Under the pieces are notes generated by a model. It made no database searches and was not told the DNA's origin. It saw nothing but the letters and a program-made list of their open reading frames with translations. The position numbers and the translations under genes were made by a program. From Callorhinchus milii (Eukaryota), in assembly GCF_018977255.1 (NCBI RefSeq), contig NW_024704742.1, positions 27,034,001-27,098,000 on the forward strand: a stretch of 64,000 bases of DNA, in the 5' to 3' direction. The first letter of the stretch is position 1, and each line of letters begins with the position of its first letter. Positions 51,673 through 63,930 of this stretch are shown here, piece by piece.

Positions 51673-51980
51673 ATAATAATAATAATCCTTGCATTTGATA
51701 TCGCGCTTTTCACGTCTTCTAGGCGTCTTGAAGCGCTTCACAGAATATGCTGTAAAGTGAATTGACCGTATATTTGTGGGCGAAACGCGGCAGCCAATTG
51801 CGCACAGCAGTGTCCCATAGTCGTGGATTGAAAATGACCAATTTATTATTTTTTTTTGGAGGGATTATTATTAGGCGTGCGGAGAAGGAAAAATGCCCAA
51901 GGTTTTGCCCTGCCTGGAATTGAACCCAGGTGTCTTGCTTGCAAGGCGAGTGCTCTAACCACTGAGCTACAGAACTCCAC
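51673..51980 (-). mobile_element. Full-length tRNA-derived SINE, older subfamily
   Basis: Reverse complement starts GTGGAG with A/B boxes, same body, TAGAA loop in the 3' hairpin. Confidence 0.88.
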
Positions 51981-52164
51981 TGTCACAGCACAGCAATGTT
52001 CCACGAGAGCTTTGCAGTGAATGATTTATTTGGGGGATTGTTATATGGTATATGGGAGCTGGTACAGCTAATGATTTTGCTGTCACCTGACATCTTAGAA
52101 CTTTATTTTTAAATTGTTTTATTAAAAATGATCTAAAATAACAGCAAAGGGTAATCATTAATTT

Positions 52165-52520
52165 GGAGGCCTGTAATGTAGTGGTTAGAGCACTCGCCTC
52201 ACAGGTGAGAGAACTCGGGTTCAATTCCCGGGCAAGTCAAAACCTTGGGCAAGTTTCCTTACTCCACACACCTCTGTTTACCTAGCAGTAAGTAGGAACC
52301 TGGTTGTTATTTAATTGGCGGATTGCTTTTCTGGGGGATTAATAATCCCCTCAAAAAAAAAATTTGGTCACTCAATCCACGACTGTTTGTGGGACACTGC
52401 TGTGCGCAATTGGCTGCTGCTTTTCGCCCACAAAATATACAGTCAATTCACTTTACAGTATATTCTGTAAAGCTCTTTGAGACGTCTCAAAGACGTGATG
52501 AGGCGCTATATCAAATGCAA
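52165..52520 (+). mobile_element. SINE with alternative tRNA head and longer CORE-like segment
   Basis: ggaggcctgtaatgtagtggttagagcactcgcctcacagg head, ccttgggcaagtttcc...cctctgtttacctagcagtaagtagg, then the common tail. Confidence 0.8.
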
Positions 52521-52792
52521 GGATTATTATTATTATTATTTGTTCTGAATGTTTGAAATTCATTCTGAAATGATGGTCAGATTCACAAATAATCATCATC
52601 TACAGGTTCACAGTATTGCAATTAGTAGAATGCACAGCGCCTTGGGACGTCCTCCCGACGTGAAAGGCGCTCTATAAATGGAATCTTGTTGTTGTTGTTG
52701 AATGATTTGATATTTAATCGTCTAAAATGGGATAACTGCATGGAATCTAACATCATACACTTAAATGCCTAATTCTGATAAAAGCTTTATGA

Positions 52793-53205
52793 GATGTCAG
52801 CTTGGCTCAATTGGTAACCCTCTTGTTTCTAGGGCAGAAGTTGTGAGTTGATGCCTCACAATCTAGCCTGAACTGTCAGTGCAGTGCTGGGGGAGCGTTG
52901 CATCAGCAGATGTGCTGTCCTTCAGATGAGATATCTACCTGGTCAGTTGGCATGACGGATCTCATGACACTTTCTAAAAAGAGTTTCTCCAGGTATCTTA
53001 GACAACAATCTTCCAGAGAATTTATTATTATTATTATTTCATTTTTAGAAATTGGTCATTTGCTTAATGGTTGTGTGCGAGACATTGCTCTGCACAAATT
53101 GACTGCTACATTTGATTACAAATACATAATGACTACACTTTACAACAATTACCTGTGGATCCCTATGAGACATTATAGGCCCTATATCAAATGCAAGGAC
53201 TGTTA
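52793..53205 (+). mobile_element. Degraded Deu-domain SINE (SacSINE1-like)
   Basis: gatgtcagcttggctcaattggtaaccctc head through atatcaaatgcaagga tail. Confidence 0.7.
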
Positions 53206-53399
53206 TATATAGACACTAGCCTGAAACCAATTCTATGGTGGGTGTGGGAGGGGTCTAGGTCTTGTATCTGGAGGAATGGAGAATTTTATAAGAAATTTCA
53301 CACAAATTTCAAACATGATAAGTTTTAAAACATTCAAGTTCAGTTTCTCCATTCAAGACTGCACATATTTAGAGGAACCTTTGACAATACTTTATGCCT

Positions 53400-53617
53400 A
53401 ATAATAATCCCTTCAAAACCCAAAACAATAAAAAATTGGTCATTTTCAATCTACGACTGTTTGTGGGACATTGCTGTGCGCAATTGGCTGCCGCGTTCGC
53501 CCACAAATATACAGTCAATTCACTTTACAGTGTGTTCTGTGAAGTGCTTTGGGACGTCCTCCCGATGTGAAAAGCACTATATCAAATGCAAGGATTATTA
53601 TTATTATTATTATTATA
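53400..53617 (+). mobile_element. Young SINE, 5'-truncated
   Basis: Same body and tail; ends about 35 bp from a SCLT1 splice donor. Confidence 0.88.
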
Positions 53618-53652
53618 ATACTTGCTGTACAAGAAGTAGAAAAGTTACATAC

Positions 53653-53743
53653 TTTCCTCTGTATTTCTTCCTGTAAATTTTGCATAATTTGGTTCATTTC
53701 CACCACTTTTAATGTTGCTGTTCGCATGTCCAGCTTTGCTCGC
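53653..53743 (-). CDS. SCLT1: SCLT1 coding exon
   Basis: gtgcag|G ... AAA|gtatgt, 91 bp; RAKLDMRTATLKVVEMNQIMQNLQEEIQRK. Confidence 0.9.
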
Positions 53744-54922
53744 CTGCACATACACAAACAAACTGTTAACATGACAAGAGCGACATCGGTCTGGTGCAAT
53801 AGATCATATATGTGCTTTGCTCGTGTGTAAGATTATTACATCCTAATTAGCTTTGTTGAATCTACTGCTGGAGCCTGAGAAAATGGAACATAAATTTCCA
53901 ATACAGTAGTTAAAAAAAAAGTTACTCTTTGGTTGACATGAGGAAAATTAGGAGATGGCTAAGGATAATGGAAGAGAAGGAAGCAAGAATCCTGAGAGAT
54001 AGGAGTCCAGATCTATTCCTTTCTCTCTCAGAGGTAACATGGTCCATTTAACACCTAATAACTAAACACTGTTTGTCTACAAATCACGCAGAAACAACAT
54101 TTTACAAACATCTTCCTCCGTGAAAGGCGCAATATAAGGATTATTATTATAAGGATTATTATTATTTGTTAATATAAGTTAACCACATATGTGTAACAAA
54201 GTTACTTCATGTCTGCACCCTTGTTTTGGGTGGGATGGGGAAGAGGGGAAAGAATCATGTGGGGTAGGATGAAGAAAGCAGTAAGGCGGTGGACAGAGAT
54301 TTTCTTCCAATTTCACCTTTCCTTTCCCATCAATATCAAATGCAAGGATTATTATTATTATTATCTTTATGCAGAAGCAGAAGAGAGAAGTAGGGGACAT
54401 CAATTGTAAGTTAAAAAAACTACAACCTAAATGTAATTTATAAAATTTCACTGCCATCTAAAATCATGAACAGACTCAACCAAAACAATCAACTGGAAAT
54501 GGACAGATTTGTAGTTTAATAGGAGCAATGATATAGGCTTAGCGTCACACAGCTCCTGAATAAAGGATGTAAACTGCACGGAATCAATTTTCTTTTCCTA
54601 CTTATCTTTTGTTGAATTCTGCCCAATACACTCTACATTTAGTGGTTAGGTTTGCCTGCAGCATACACACCAGCTGATAATTATCTTGGGCAGCATATGG
54701 ATCCGATGATAGTAATTAGAAAACAACACCATGTATGCTGGCCCTTCAATACACTGTGTCATAGAGGAAAAGAACATGTAGACTTTACAATATATGGTAA
54801 AGCTACCCAAAGGGGTCAAATTATTTTGCAACACTTCCAAATTATTGAGTAGCAACTGATATGTTATACCCATGACGAGGTATAAGACATGGTGAAAAGA
54901 ACTATGAAAGTCGATTATGTTG

Positions 54923-56190
54923 CAACAAGAACAACAATATTACATTTGTATAGCACCTTTCACATCGGGAGGAAGTCCCAAGGTGCCGGACAGACAGTTA
55001 CAGACTCGAGTTGAGGGTCGGAGTGAGGGAGGGCAGTGGGGGAAGCAGGGAGATTGCAAGCACGGTCAAAGAAGAGGATCTTGAGGTGGGTCTTGTAGGT
55101 GGCGAGGAAGGGGGTGAGACAGAGGGACTGTGGGATGGAGTTCCAGAGGGTGGGTGCAGAGTGGCGTTAGTGGGGCGAGCAAGGCAGGGGATGTGAAGCA
55201 GGCCAGAGCCCACTGAGTGGAGGTAGCGAATAGGGTGGTAGGGGGTTAGAAGGTCAGAGAGGTAGGGGGGAGCAAGACCATGGAGGGCTTTAATGGTGAG
55301 GACCAGGATCTTGAACTATATCCTCTATGTGATGGGAAGCCAGTGGAGTTGGGCAAGGATGGGGGTGATAGGGTCGCAGAGCCAGTGCGGGAGAGGACAC
55401 GGGCTGCAGAGTTCTGGATGATCTGCAGTCTGTGGAGGGAGGAGTTGGGGAAGCCGACAAGCAGTAAGTTTTGCATAGTCGAGCCTCGATGTAATGAAGG
55501 CATGTATGAGGGTTTTGGTGGCCTGTGGTGTGAGACGGTGTCGGAGCCGGGCAATGTTGGGGAGGTGGGGGAAGGCAGAGCGGGTCATGGCACAGTTATG
55601 GGTAGAAAGGATAGTTGAGGGTCAAACAAGACCCCAAGGTCCCGGACTGGCTTAGTAAGGTGGAGTGTGCAACCATGGATGGTGATGCTGTCAGCACCTG
55701 AGGTGTTGAGGCACTGACGGGAGCCAATCAGGAGAGCCTCGGTCTTGTTGACGTGCAACTGAAGAAAGTTAGTACTCAGGACTTGATGTCTGACAGACAT
55801 TCTGTCAGGACAGCAGTGGTCCTGGAGTCAAGGATGGAGGCAGAGAGGTACAGTTGGGTGTCATCCGCATACATGTGGAAGTTGACCCCATGTCTGTGAA
55901 TGATGTCACCAAGAGGGAATATATAGATGTTGAAGAGGAGGGGACCAAGGACAGAGCCCTGAGGAAAGCCGCACGAGACGGTCCCGGGGCTAGAGGAAAA
56001 GCCGTTTGAGGAGATGAAGTGCAGGTGGTGTGAGAGTTATGATCCGAACCAATCAAGGACAACATCATGGAGGTTGAGATGAGAGGAGAGGCGGTGGATG
56101 AGGATAGTGGTTGACGGTGTCAAAAGCAGCAGAGAGGAGACATAGGGAGCCCTGGTGGCAGATGGACAGAATGTCATTTGTCACTTTGAC
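54923..56190 (-). mobile_element. L2 LINE fragment with decayed RT
   Basis: Frameshifted pieces NFLQLHVNKTEALLIG, DLGVLFDPQLSF, LIHAFITSRLDY; 3' tail at the low-coordinate end. Confidence 0.88.
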
Positions 56191-56623
56191 CACTTAGAGG
56201 TCTCTGGAGGGGGTTGGCAGCAGGGGTGTGTGGCATAGTTCCAGTTGTTAGCAGGAATCCCCATTTTTATTTTGAGCTCCTTAAGAAATCCCCATTTAAA
56301 ATCACCATGTTTTAGACCCTAATGTAGGATCACAAATGTTTTGTGTTTCTAAAACATCACAGAAACTAAAGGTTCACTTGCATGCTATAAGTGTTTAATT
56401 TCTATTCAATAAGTTTAGGTCAGAGGTTTGCTTTTATAGACAACACACGTTGATCACAAATAACATAATCGTGTAGAAATTATCGCCGCCCCCAAAAAAA
56501 GTCTAACAAATGAGAGAATAATATTGTGAAATGTGTTTTTAGAATACCAACAGCAGAAAAATTCCCATTAAGATTAGTCACATTTATTAAAAGAGCAGCA
56601 GGCACCTAGGAGGTTACACCTAC

Positions 56624-56694
56624 CTGAGCTCTTTGTGGTTCACTTCCAGTTCCACGTTCTGTTCAGTCACAGTTTTCACAAACTGCTGATTAGT
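56624..56694 (-). CDS. SCLT1: SCLT1 coding exon
   Basis: gaacag|ACT ... AG|gtaggt, 71 bp; TNQQFVKTVTEQNVELEVNHKELR. Confidence 0.92.
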
Positions 56695-57200
56695 CTGTTC
56701 AAAACATAATGGAGGAAAAGCTCTGTGAAGCTGTGTATACAGAAGACTGCCTTATAAAAAAATGATAGGGAAATCTTACGTTTCCAAGTATAGCACACAT
56801 GACTCCAGGGTAACAGAAACCTAACACTGTAGGCCAGTTTCCTAAATACAAAAATACAATGTACTTTACACTTAGCTTAGGAATCATGTTCTGGTCATTA
56901 TATTGTTTAATAGATAACATTATTTATCTCCTTCAAATATATGAAGACTGATACTGAATAGTTCATCTACACCTCAAATTTAATAATGCAAGGATTATTA
57001 TTATTGTAAGTTTGTTTCCACAAAGGGACTTCATTGAAAGAAGTTAAAAACTTAATAACTGATGATGACTTTTCTCCTACATAGTTTTCAATATTAGTAA
57101 GACTAAATATTCCAGCTTCCCCCCCCCCCCCCCCCCAGCAATCGGGTGTATATAAACTGCAGCTGGGTTGGATTGACATTTTCCAAATGTTTTTTCTTAC

Positions 57201-57266
57201 TGTGGTCATATTTTCATTGGCCAACTGAAGCTGCTGAGTAAGCTGTTGGAACCGTGTCAGCTGTTC
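57201..57266 (-). CDS. SCLT1: SCLT1 coding exon
   Basis: tttcag|GAA ... ACA|gtaaga, 66 bp; EQLTRFQQLTQQLQLANENMTT. Confidence 0.9.
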
Positions 57267-57558
57267 CTGAAACAAAAATACCAGAGAGCTATGTGGTTGC
57301 TGGTGCTGCTCACAAGAGAATGACATTTATGAAGCTTTCTTTATTAATTAGCGACTCTATTCATCACTGTTGTTTTGCATACTGTTGAATTTTTTTTTAA
57401 TAGACAAACATATCAATACACTGGAACAATATTTCATTATTTTTGTTTAATTCTATGCAATGGCAGAATATGCAGTGATGTTGAGCGCTTTGAGATGTCC
57501 TCCTGACATGAGAGGCACTGTAAAATGTAAACTGTATTATATTGTATGAAGGACACAC

Positions 57559-57681
57559 TTTCTGACGTCGTTGATCGAATGTTTGGCGCTCACTCTCTGA
57601 CACATGTTCTTGGTACATCTGCTGCAGTCGATCTAACTCCTGTGAAACTGTCTGCCACAATTCCAAAGCTTGGTTCTTTTC
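57559..57681 (-). CDS. SCLT1: SCLT1 coding exon
   Basis: ttttag|GAA ... AAA|gtgtgt, 123 bp; EKNQALELWQTVSQELDRLQQMYQEHVSESERQTFDQRRQK. Confidence 0.94.
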
Positions 57682-58348
57682 CTAAAATGTAAGACAGCTC
57701 TATTAGGAAAATAACTTGCCACTAGCAAGGGAAAGCATTACCATATTCGGGAGGCAATTTGCGACTTTTCCTTATACAAACAGACAAATTTCATAGGTAC
57801 CAATAGATTTTCACATATACTCACATCCAACAACCTACAATAAGTGACTGTTAATTCACTTATTTTACTTCAGGCCATCATTAAAATAAGTTTATAATTT
57901 AAGTGTTGAAAAGAATCTCCCACCATACCTTTAAAATTAAGCTGTTTAACTTGAAGCCTTAAATTACTGCAGTATCTAACCACAGAATAACTATACAGAG
58001 AATCCCGTCTAACTTCTCTTCTAGTCACTAACTAGAAAAGAAGAGTTGACGATCACCAGCAGCTGAGCTACTTGATCTCCAATGTATACACAGCATTATC
58101 CCAACCCATTCGGAAAAGTACGAGAACATTCAGGTTATCTTAGATGAGAACCGCAGCTGAATAAACATAATTTTGCTTACAGAACACAGCAAGTCTGAAA
58201 TCCTAGTTAGATGATTTTACCCCCACGCGTGATAAGTCTATCATTATCAAGTAAAAGCGCTACAGCAAATTCATTTTACTTCTAAGAGTTCTAATCCATC
58301 TCTGCTGTGCATTCACCAGGGAGTGAACCTCATAGAAGGAAAAGCAGC

Positions 58349-58686
58349 TGAAACACCTCCCAACCTCTCCGACCTGCTTACCCGCCAACCCACAACCCGC
58401 TGTCTCCCCTCGACTGCCTAACGTCTTCTGCATGTCCCTCGTGCCCTCCGTTCCACCATTGGCAGCCGCACTTTCAGCCATTATGCCCCAAAACTCTGGA
58501 ACACTCATCCTCTATCCCTCCACCTTGCCCCTTCCTTCCCCATCTTCAGGTCGCACCTGAAGACCTTCCTATTCGACCGTGCCTACAGTCACCTCCCCCC
58601 GGCTCGGAGTCGTGCTCCACCACTGTCAAGCTCTCTGAGCCGCTGCCCTGCATGAGGGAGCGCTATATAAATGTAAGTTGTTGTTG
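58349..58686 (+). mobile_element. L2 family B 3' fragment (similar fragments at 4240-4443 +, 20667-20930 -, 1425-1480 -)
   Basis: ctgaagaccttcctattcgacc...gagcgctatataaatgtaagttgttgttg tail. Confidence 0.8.
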
Positions 58687-59374
58687 AAAAAGAGCTAACA
58701 ACACTCGCTTGTTTATCTACTTGCATCTTGTTCTAACAACACCCGTGTTAACGTTCCAATGAAACATTATTTCTGTCCCCCTCATTATCTCATTAATACT
58801 GCAGCTTTAATCCCCTTTCCCCAGGACAAGGTGTTTGTTATTCACTACATATTCTGTTTAGTGCTCGAAACTGAAGGCACCAATCGATACCTATTTATGA
58901 CATTTGTACACTGGTTAAACTCCAGCAGTACCCTCAATGTACACTTTGGGGGCCCCAATCCTTGGTTCTTGCCAACCTGTGCCTAATACTCTCCAGAATC
59001 AGGTAAGCAAAATGAGTCCCTCCAGGGACATAGTACTTATTCATTTCATTGCAGACATCGGAATTTCCATGTGTAGGTGGTGTTCGTGGAACTCCCAGTC
59101 TGGTTTGGTTACTCTTAATCACAGTGATGGGATTCTTCACGAGTCAGACACTTGGCTGACCCAAAAAAAAATCTGAGAGGCAATTCTTAGAGACAACAAC
59201 AACTGCCAACAATTAACGTCTGCTTTATGAAAAAGAAATGAATCACATGGCTGAGAGTGTGGCTAGGAACCCGAGGCAAGTTTAGACTCATAGGATGAGC
59301 TAAAATACTGCAGCTGAGGTGTAAAAATCCATTAAAGTAACAGTCTTCACTCACTGTTCCAAAAATAGATTACA

Positions 59375-60075
59375 ACTGGTCTATGCTGGAGTTTGTGCTC
59401 CCCATGAGCCTCCTCCTACCCTTCCTCAACTAAGCCTTCAAGCACAACCTTCTATTCCTTTCTCCCTCATGTACCTATCTAGCTTCCCCTTAAACACATC
59501 TATGCTAATCACATATATTTGCCTCAACAACTCCTTGTGGTAGCATGTTCCACATTCCCACTACTCTGTGTGAAGAAATTTCTTCTAACTTCCCTATTTG
59601 ATCCATTTGTGACTATTTTATATTGATGGCCCCTGGTTTTGGTTCCCCCCACAAGTGGAAACATCTTCCCTATGTCTACCCTATCAAAACCTTTCATCAT
59701 TTTAAAGACCTCTATCAGGTCACCCCTTATCCTCCTCTTTTCAAGAGGAAAGAGTCCAAGTATGTTCAGCCTTTTCTGATAGGTATAACCTCTCAGTTCT
59801 GGGATCATCCTTGTGAATCTCCTTTGCACCATCTCCAGTGCCTCTACATTCCTTCTATAATGTGGGGACCAGAACTGCACACAGTATTCTAAGTGTGGTC
59901 TAACCATGGTTCTATAGACGTTTACCATAAATTCCCTGCTTTCATTTCTGTCTCTCTAGAAATGAACCCCAATGCCTGGTTTGCTTTTTTTTAATGGCCT
60001 TATTAACCTGCGTTGCTACTTTTAATGAATTGTGTATGTGTACCCCTAGGTCCCTTTGCTCCTCTATCCCATTTA
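59375..60075 (-). mobile_element. CR1 LINE 3' fragment
   Basis: VRPHLEYCVQFWSPHY...LEKRRIRGDLIEVFKMMKGFDRV. Confidence 0.92.
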
Positions 60076-60237
60076 GGTTTTTATTTTCCAGGATGTACGA
60101 TACCACAACAAAATATTTGTTATAATGATGCTAATTCTATCAAGATTATAACAAATATTTCAGTAAACTAAATCATGAAATTATGTTTTGACCATCGTTG
60201 TTTGTAGTGCTTTTGGCTTTGTGTTTTTGTCACCTAC

Positions 60238-60373
60238 CCTATTGGCCAACCGCAATTGTTCCTGTAGGCTGCTCACCATTGTGTCTTCTACAAGCGGATC
60301 ATCATCAATACCTGCACCACCAGGCAGGGTTTGAAGATGTTTTTCAATGTTTTCTCGTAACTCTGTGTGCAAC
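60238..60373 (-). CDS. SCLT1: SCLT1 coding exon
   Basis: gtgcag|G ... AGG|gtaggt, 136 bp; LHTELRENIEKHLQTLPGGAGIDDDPLVEDTMVSSLQEQLRLANR. Confidence 0.9.
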
Positions 60374-60885
60374 CTGCACCATTTGGAAACAAACACTCAT
60401 TATCTCAATTTACAATGAAAATAAATTCATTTTAGAAAAGTCCAAAATACCCACATTTTGCAACTGTCAACTTATCTCAAAATAACTTGCACCGAGTTAT
60501 CAACGATAGGATTAAAAATCAGAATTTTAAACCCATCAGCTTTAAAGAAAGGATGAATTCATTCAGAAATGGTCATGAAGAATCAATGTAGGTCACCTAG
60601 GAAGTGCCACTTTAAAAAAGATTAAAGAAGCAGAAAGCAAAAAGGTTTTACAAACACCACTTCCTTTGGGAATGTTTACAAGATTTCTGTCAAGACCCTG
60701 ATTTGAATTCAGATCTCATAAACTGAAACAAAAGTATTCAGCCCTTCAGAAAATCCTTGTTAATAATTATTATTGACAACTTAACCCCGATTCTTTCATT
60801 GTTAATTTGTGTACTATCAAAGAAACACCATCCTTAAAGATAATAGGCTTATAAAAACTTTAATACTGAATATATAAAACCTTAC

Positions 60886-60941
60886 CTCTCATTTTCTCTT
60901 ATGACACTTTCAAGGTTTAACTTCATCTCATTCATCTTAGT
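60886..60941 (-). CDS. SCLT1: SCLT1 coding exon
   Basis: aaatag|ACT ... AG|gtaagg, 56 bp; TKMNEMKLNLESVIRENER. Confidence 0.88.
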
Positions 60942-61028
60942 CTATTTTTAAATAAGACATGTTGTTATTATTCGAGGCAAGGAAATGTTATTAGCTTCTA
61001 AACCAAAATCAGACTCACATACTCTTAC

Positions 61029-61101
61029 CTGGTAGTAACATATCTGTTCATTCAATTCTTCCATGTTCTTGTCATATTCTATTATAAGAGGTGCCATTAG
61101 G
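61029..61101 (-). CDS. SCLT1: SCLT1 coding exon (first in window; about human exon 4)
   Basis: tggcag|C ... CAG|gtaaga, 73 bp; LMAPLIIEYDKNMEELNEQICYYQ. Confidence 0.9.
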
Positions 61102-61399
61102 CTGCCAGAGAAAAACAAATATAGAATACACCAGTTGCCAAATATTATACTGTACAGAGCTACCATCAAACAATCAATTAAGAATTTATATTGAATATTG
61201 ATACTTTTGTTACAAAAATAAATAAGGTTTAATCAATAGTAAGTAAATATTAAATCTGCAGGCTATAACACTAGACAACACGGTTATAAAGCGCCTCACT
61301 AGAATGTGAGTTTGCTTATGTAGTGGGTATCCTGTGAACCAGCAAGAACATATCGTCACTTGAAGACAACTGTTTCATTTGTCAAATAAAACTGAACCA

Positions 61400-61660
61400 A
61401 CAACATTAACAACAACAAAATTACATTTGTATAGCGCCTTTCACGTCGGGAGGACATCCCAGGGCGCTGGACAGACAGAGTTACGGACCCGAGCTGAGGT
61501 TCGAGGTGGGGGAGAGGGGAGGGTAGGGAGGAAAGCACGGTCGAAGAGGAGGGTGTTGAAGCAGGTCTTGAAGGTGACGAGGAGGGGGTGAGACGGAGGG
61601 ACTACGTGATGGAGTTCTAGAAGGTGGGTGCAGAGTGGCGGAAGGCCTGCCCGCCGATCG
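61400..61660 (-). mobile_element. L2 3' fragment
   Basis: Reverse-complement L2 tail with the cgtcgggaggaca hairpin. Confidence 0.78.
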
Positions 61661-62121
61661 TGTACAGCTCAGATTGCGTACAGCTCAGACTGCTAATGCC
61701 AATGATGAAGACCACAATGAATCAGTAACAAAGTCATTCAATGAAAATTGAGGATAATTCAAAACAGCTCAATTGCTGTCAGGTCCTCAATAATTGCCCA
61801 AATCAAGAGACGTCTTTCTTGATTAAGGATTTCATGTAGGTTGAGATGTCACTGTTGCTCAATAATTTCCCATTCTGACTCGGTATGGTCTTTAAGCTTG
61901 GTCAACCATGTGGTGCAACCCGAGAGATGCATATGTTGACAACTTAAAATGCTTTTGCAACTGATTAATCTCTTGGGGCAGAACTAATCAACCATTAATG
62001 ACCCATTTGAAACCATCTTTGTCGATTCTGCAACCAGAGTCCTGAGGTCAGAAGTTCCTATTTGACAAACCCCCTAAAATGAACTGCCCCACAACCAATT
62101 AAAATGTTCCGCTATGTGTCG

Positions 62122-63930
62122 ACAACAACTTGCACTTATATAGCGCCCTCCACGCAGGGTAGCGTCTCAGAGCTTCATCTTTGTTTAGCAGTGGCGCAGC
62201 CTGACTCCGAGCCAGGGGGAGGGGGGAAGTGGCCATAAGCATGGTCGAACAAGAAAGTTTTCAGGTGGGACTTGAAAGAGGGGAGAGAGGGAGCAAGGAG
62301 GAAGGATTCAGGGAGAGTGTTCCAGAGTTTTGGGGAGTAGTGGCTGAAAGCTCGACCTCTGATGGTGGGGCGGAGGGTGCGAGGGACGAGCAGGAGGCCA
62401 GTGCCAGTCGAGCGGAAGCGCTGGGTGGTGGATTGGGGAGTGAGGAGGTCAGAGAGGTAGGGAAGTGCCAGGGAGAGCGTGGATTTGAACACTAGTATGA
62501 GGTTCTTGAAGTCGATCAGTTCGGTGATGAGGAGTCAGTGAAACCTGGATAGAACTGATGAGATGTGGATATGGAGTTTGGTCTGGGTCAGTATATGGGC
62601 AGCAGAGTTTTGAATGAGCTGGATCTTGTGAATGATGGAGCTGGGGAGACCGGTGAGGAGTGCATTGGAGTAATCCAAGTTGGAAGTGACAAACACATGC
62701 ACAAGGGTTTCGGCTGCATTTGGGGTAAGTTACGGCCAGTGGTGGGCAATGTGGCGGAGGTGGAAGAAGGCGGTCCTGGTCAGGGACTGGATGTGGTGGA
62801 GGAAGGACAGCTGGGTGTCGAACCGGACGCCTAGGTTGCGCACTGATTCGGTGAGTCTGAGGGAGAGCCCAGGGAGGTTGAGGAGTTTAGATCCACAGGA
62901 GTGAAGACGTTGATGTATGGCTTCCATCTTGTCCATATTCAGCTGCAGAGACTCATCCAGGCCCAGATGCCTGCCAGACAAGCTGACAGAACATTGGTGG
63001 ACCTGGAGTTGGTACCGGAAGAGGCAAAGTAGATTTGTGTGTCATCCACATCCATGTGGAAGTTTACTCTTTGTCTGCAGATGACATTGCTCAGAAGGAG
63101 CATATAGATAAGGAAAAGAAGAGGGTCAAGGATGGAGCCCTGAGGTACCCTGCAGGTGACTGGTCGGGGCCGGGAGGAGAAACCATTTGCTGAGATGAAA
63201 TGGAGGCGGTTGGTTAAGTAGGACTCGAACCATGTTGAGTGCAGTCCCACTAAGGTAGATGAGGGAGAAGAGCTGATGGAGGAGGATGGTGTGGTTGACT
63301 GTGTCGAACATGTCAAGAGAGTTCCAGGAGGACGAAGAGGCAGAGGGAGTCTTGGTCACAGATAGAGGGAACGTCGTTTGTGACTTTGACAAGCCTGACT
63401 CTGTGCTGTGGGCAGGGTGAAAAACAGACTGCAGGGGGTTGAGGAGGGAGTGGTGGGAGAGGTGTGACTAGAAATTGACCTGCAACAATGCGTTCCAGGA
63501 TTTGACAAGGAAGGATAGATTGGAAATGGGATGGTACTGTGAGAGATTAGAGGGACCGAGAGTGGGTTTTTGGGGGAGGGGTGTGATAACAGCGGTTTTC
63601 AAGAGGAGTGGAACAGAGTCTGAGGAGAGAGATTGGTTGACGGTGTCAGCCAGCAGGGGGGAGAAAAGGAGGAGTTGGATGACCAGCAACTGGTTGGGGA
63701 GGAGGTCGAGGTAACAGGTGGTGAACTTCATCCAGGTGATTGTGGTTGAGTGGGAGGGAGAAATGGGGGCAAAGGAGTGTAAGGAGTCGGGGAGTGGCAG
63801 GAGCCGTGGTGGAGGGAGAAGACGGTGTGGATGGTCTAGGTGGAGTGGAAGGGAACATGGGTGGGGGAGGACGATGCAGCCAAGTCGATGTTTTTAATTT
63901 TTGAGGCGAAGAAGTCTAGGACCTCTTTGA
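62122..63930 (-). mobile_element. L2 LINE fragment (family B), decayed ORF2/RT
   Basis: LKTAVITPL...YHPISNLSFL, VPQGSILDPLLFLIYM, FHMDVDDTQIY, VRNLGVRFDTQLSF, RAFSHYSPKLWNTLP. Confidence 0.9.

Noticed and set aside
62122..63930. Active reverse transcriptase gene
   Set aside because: Multiple frameshifts and a degenerate catalytic motif (DVDD instead of YADD); a dead L2 copy.
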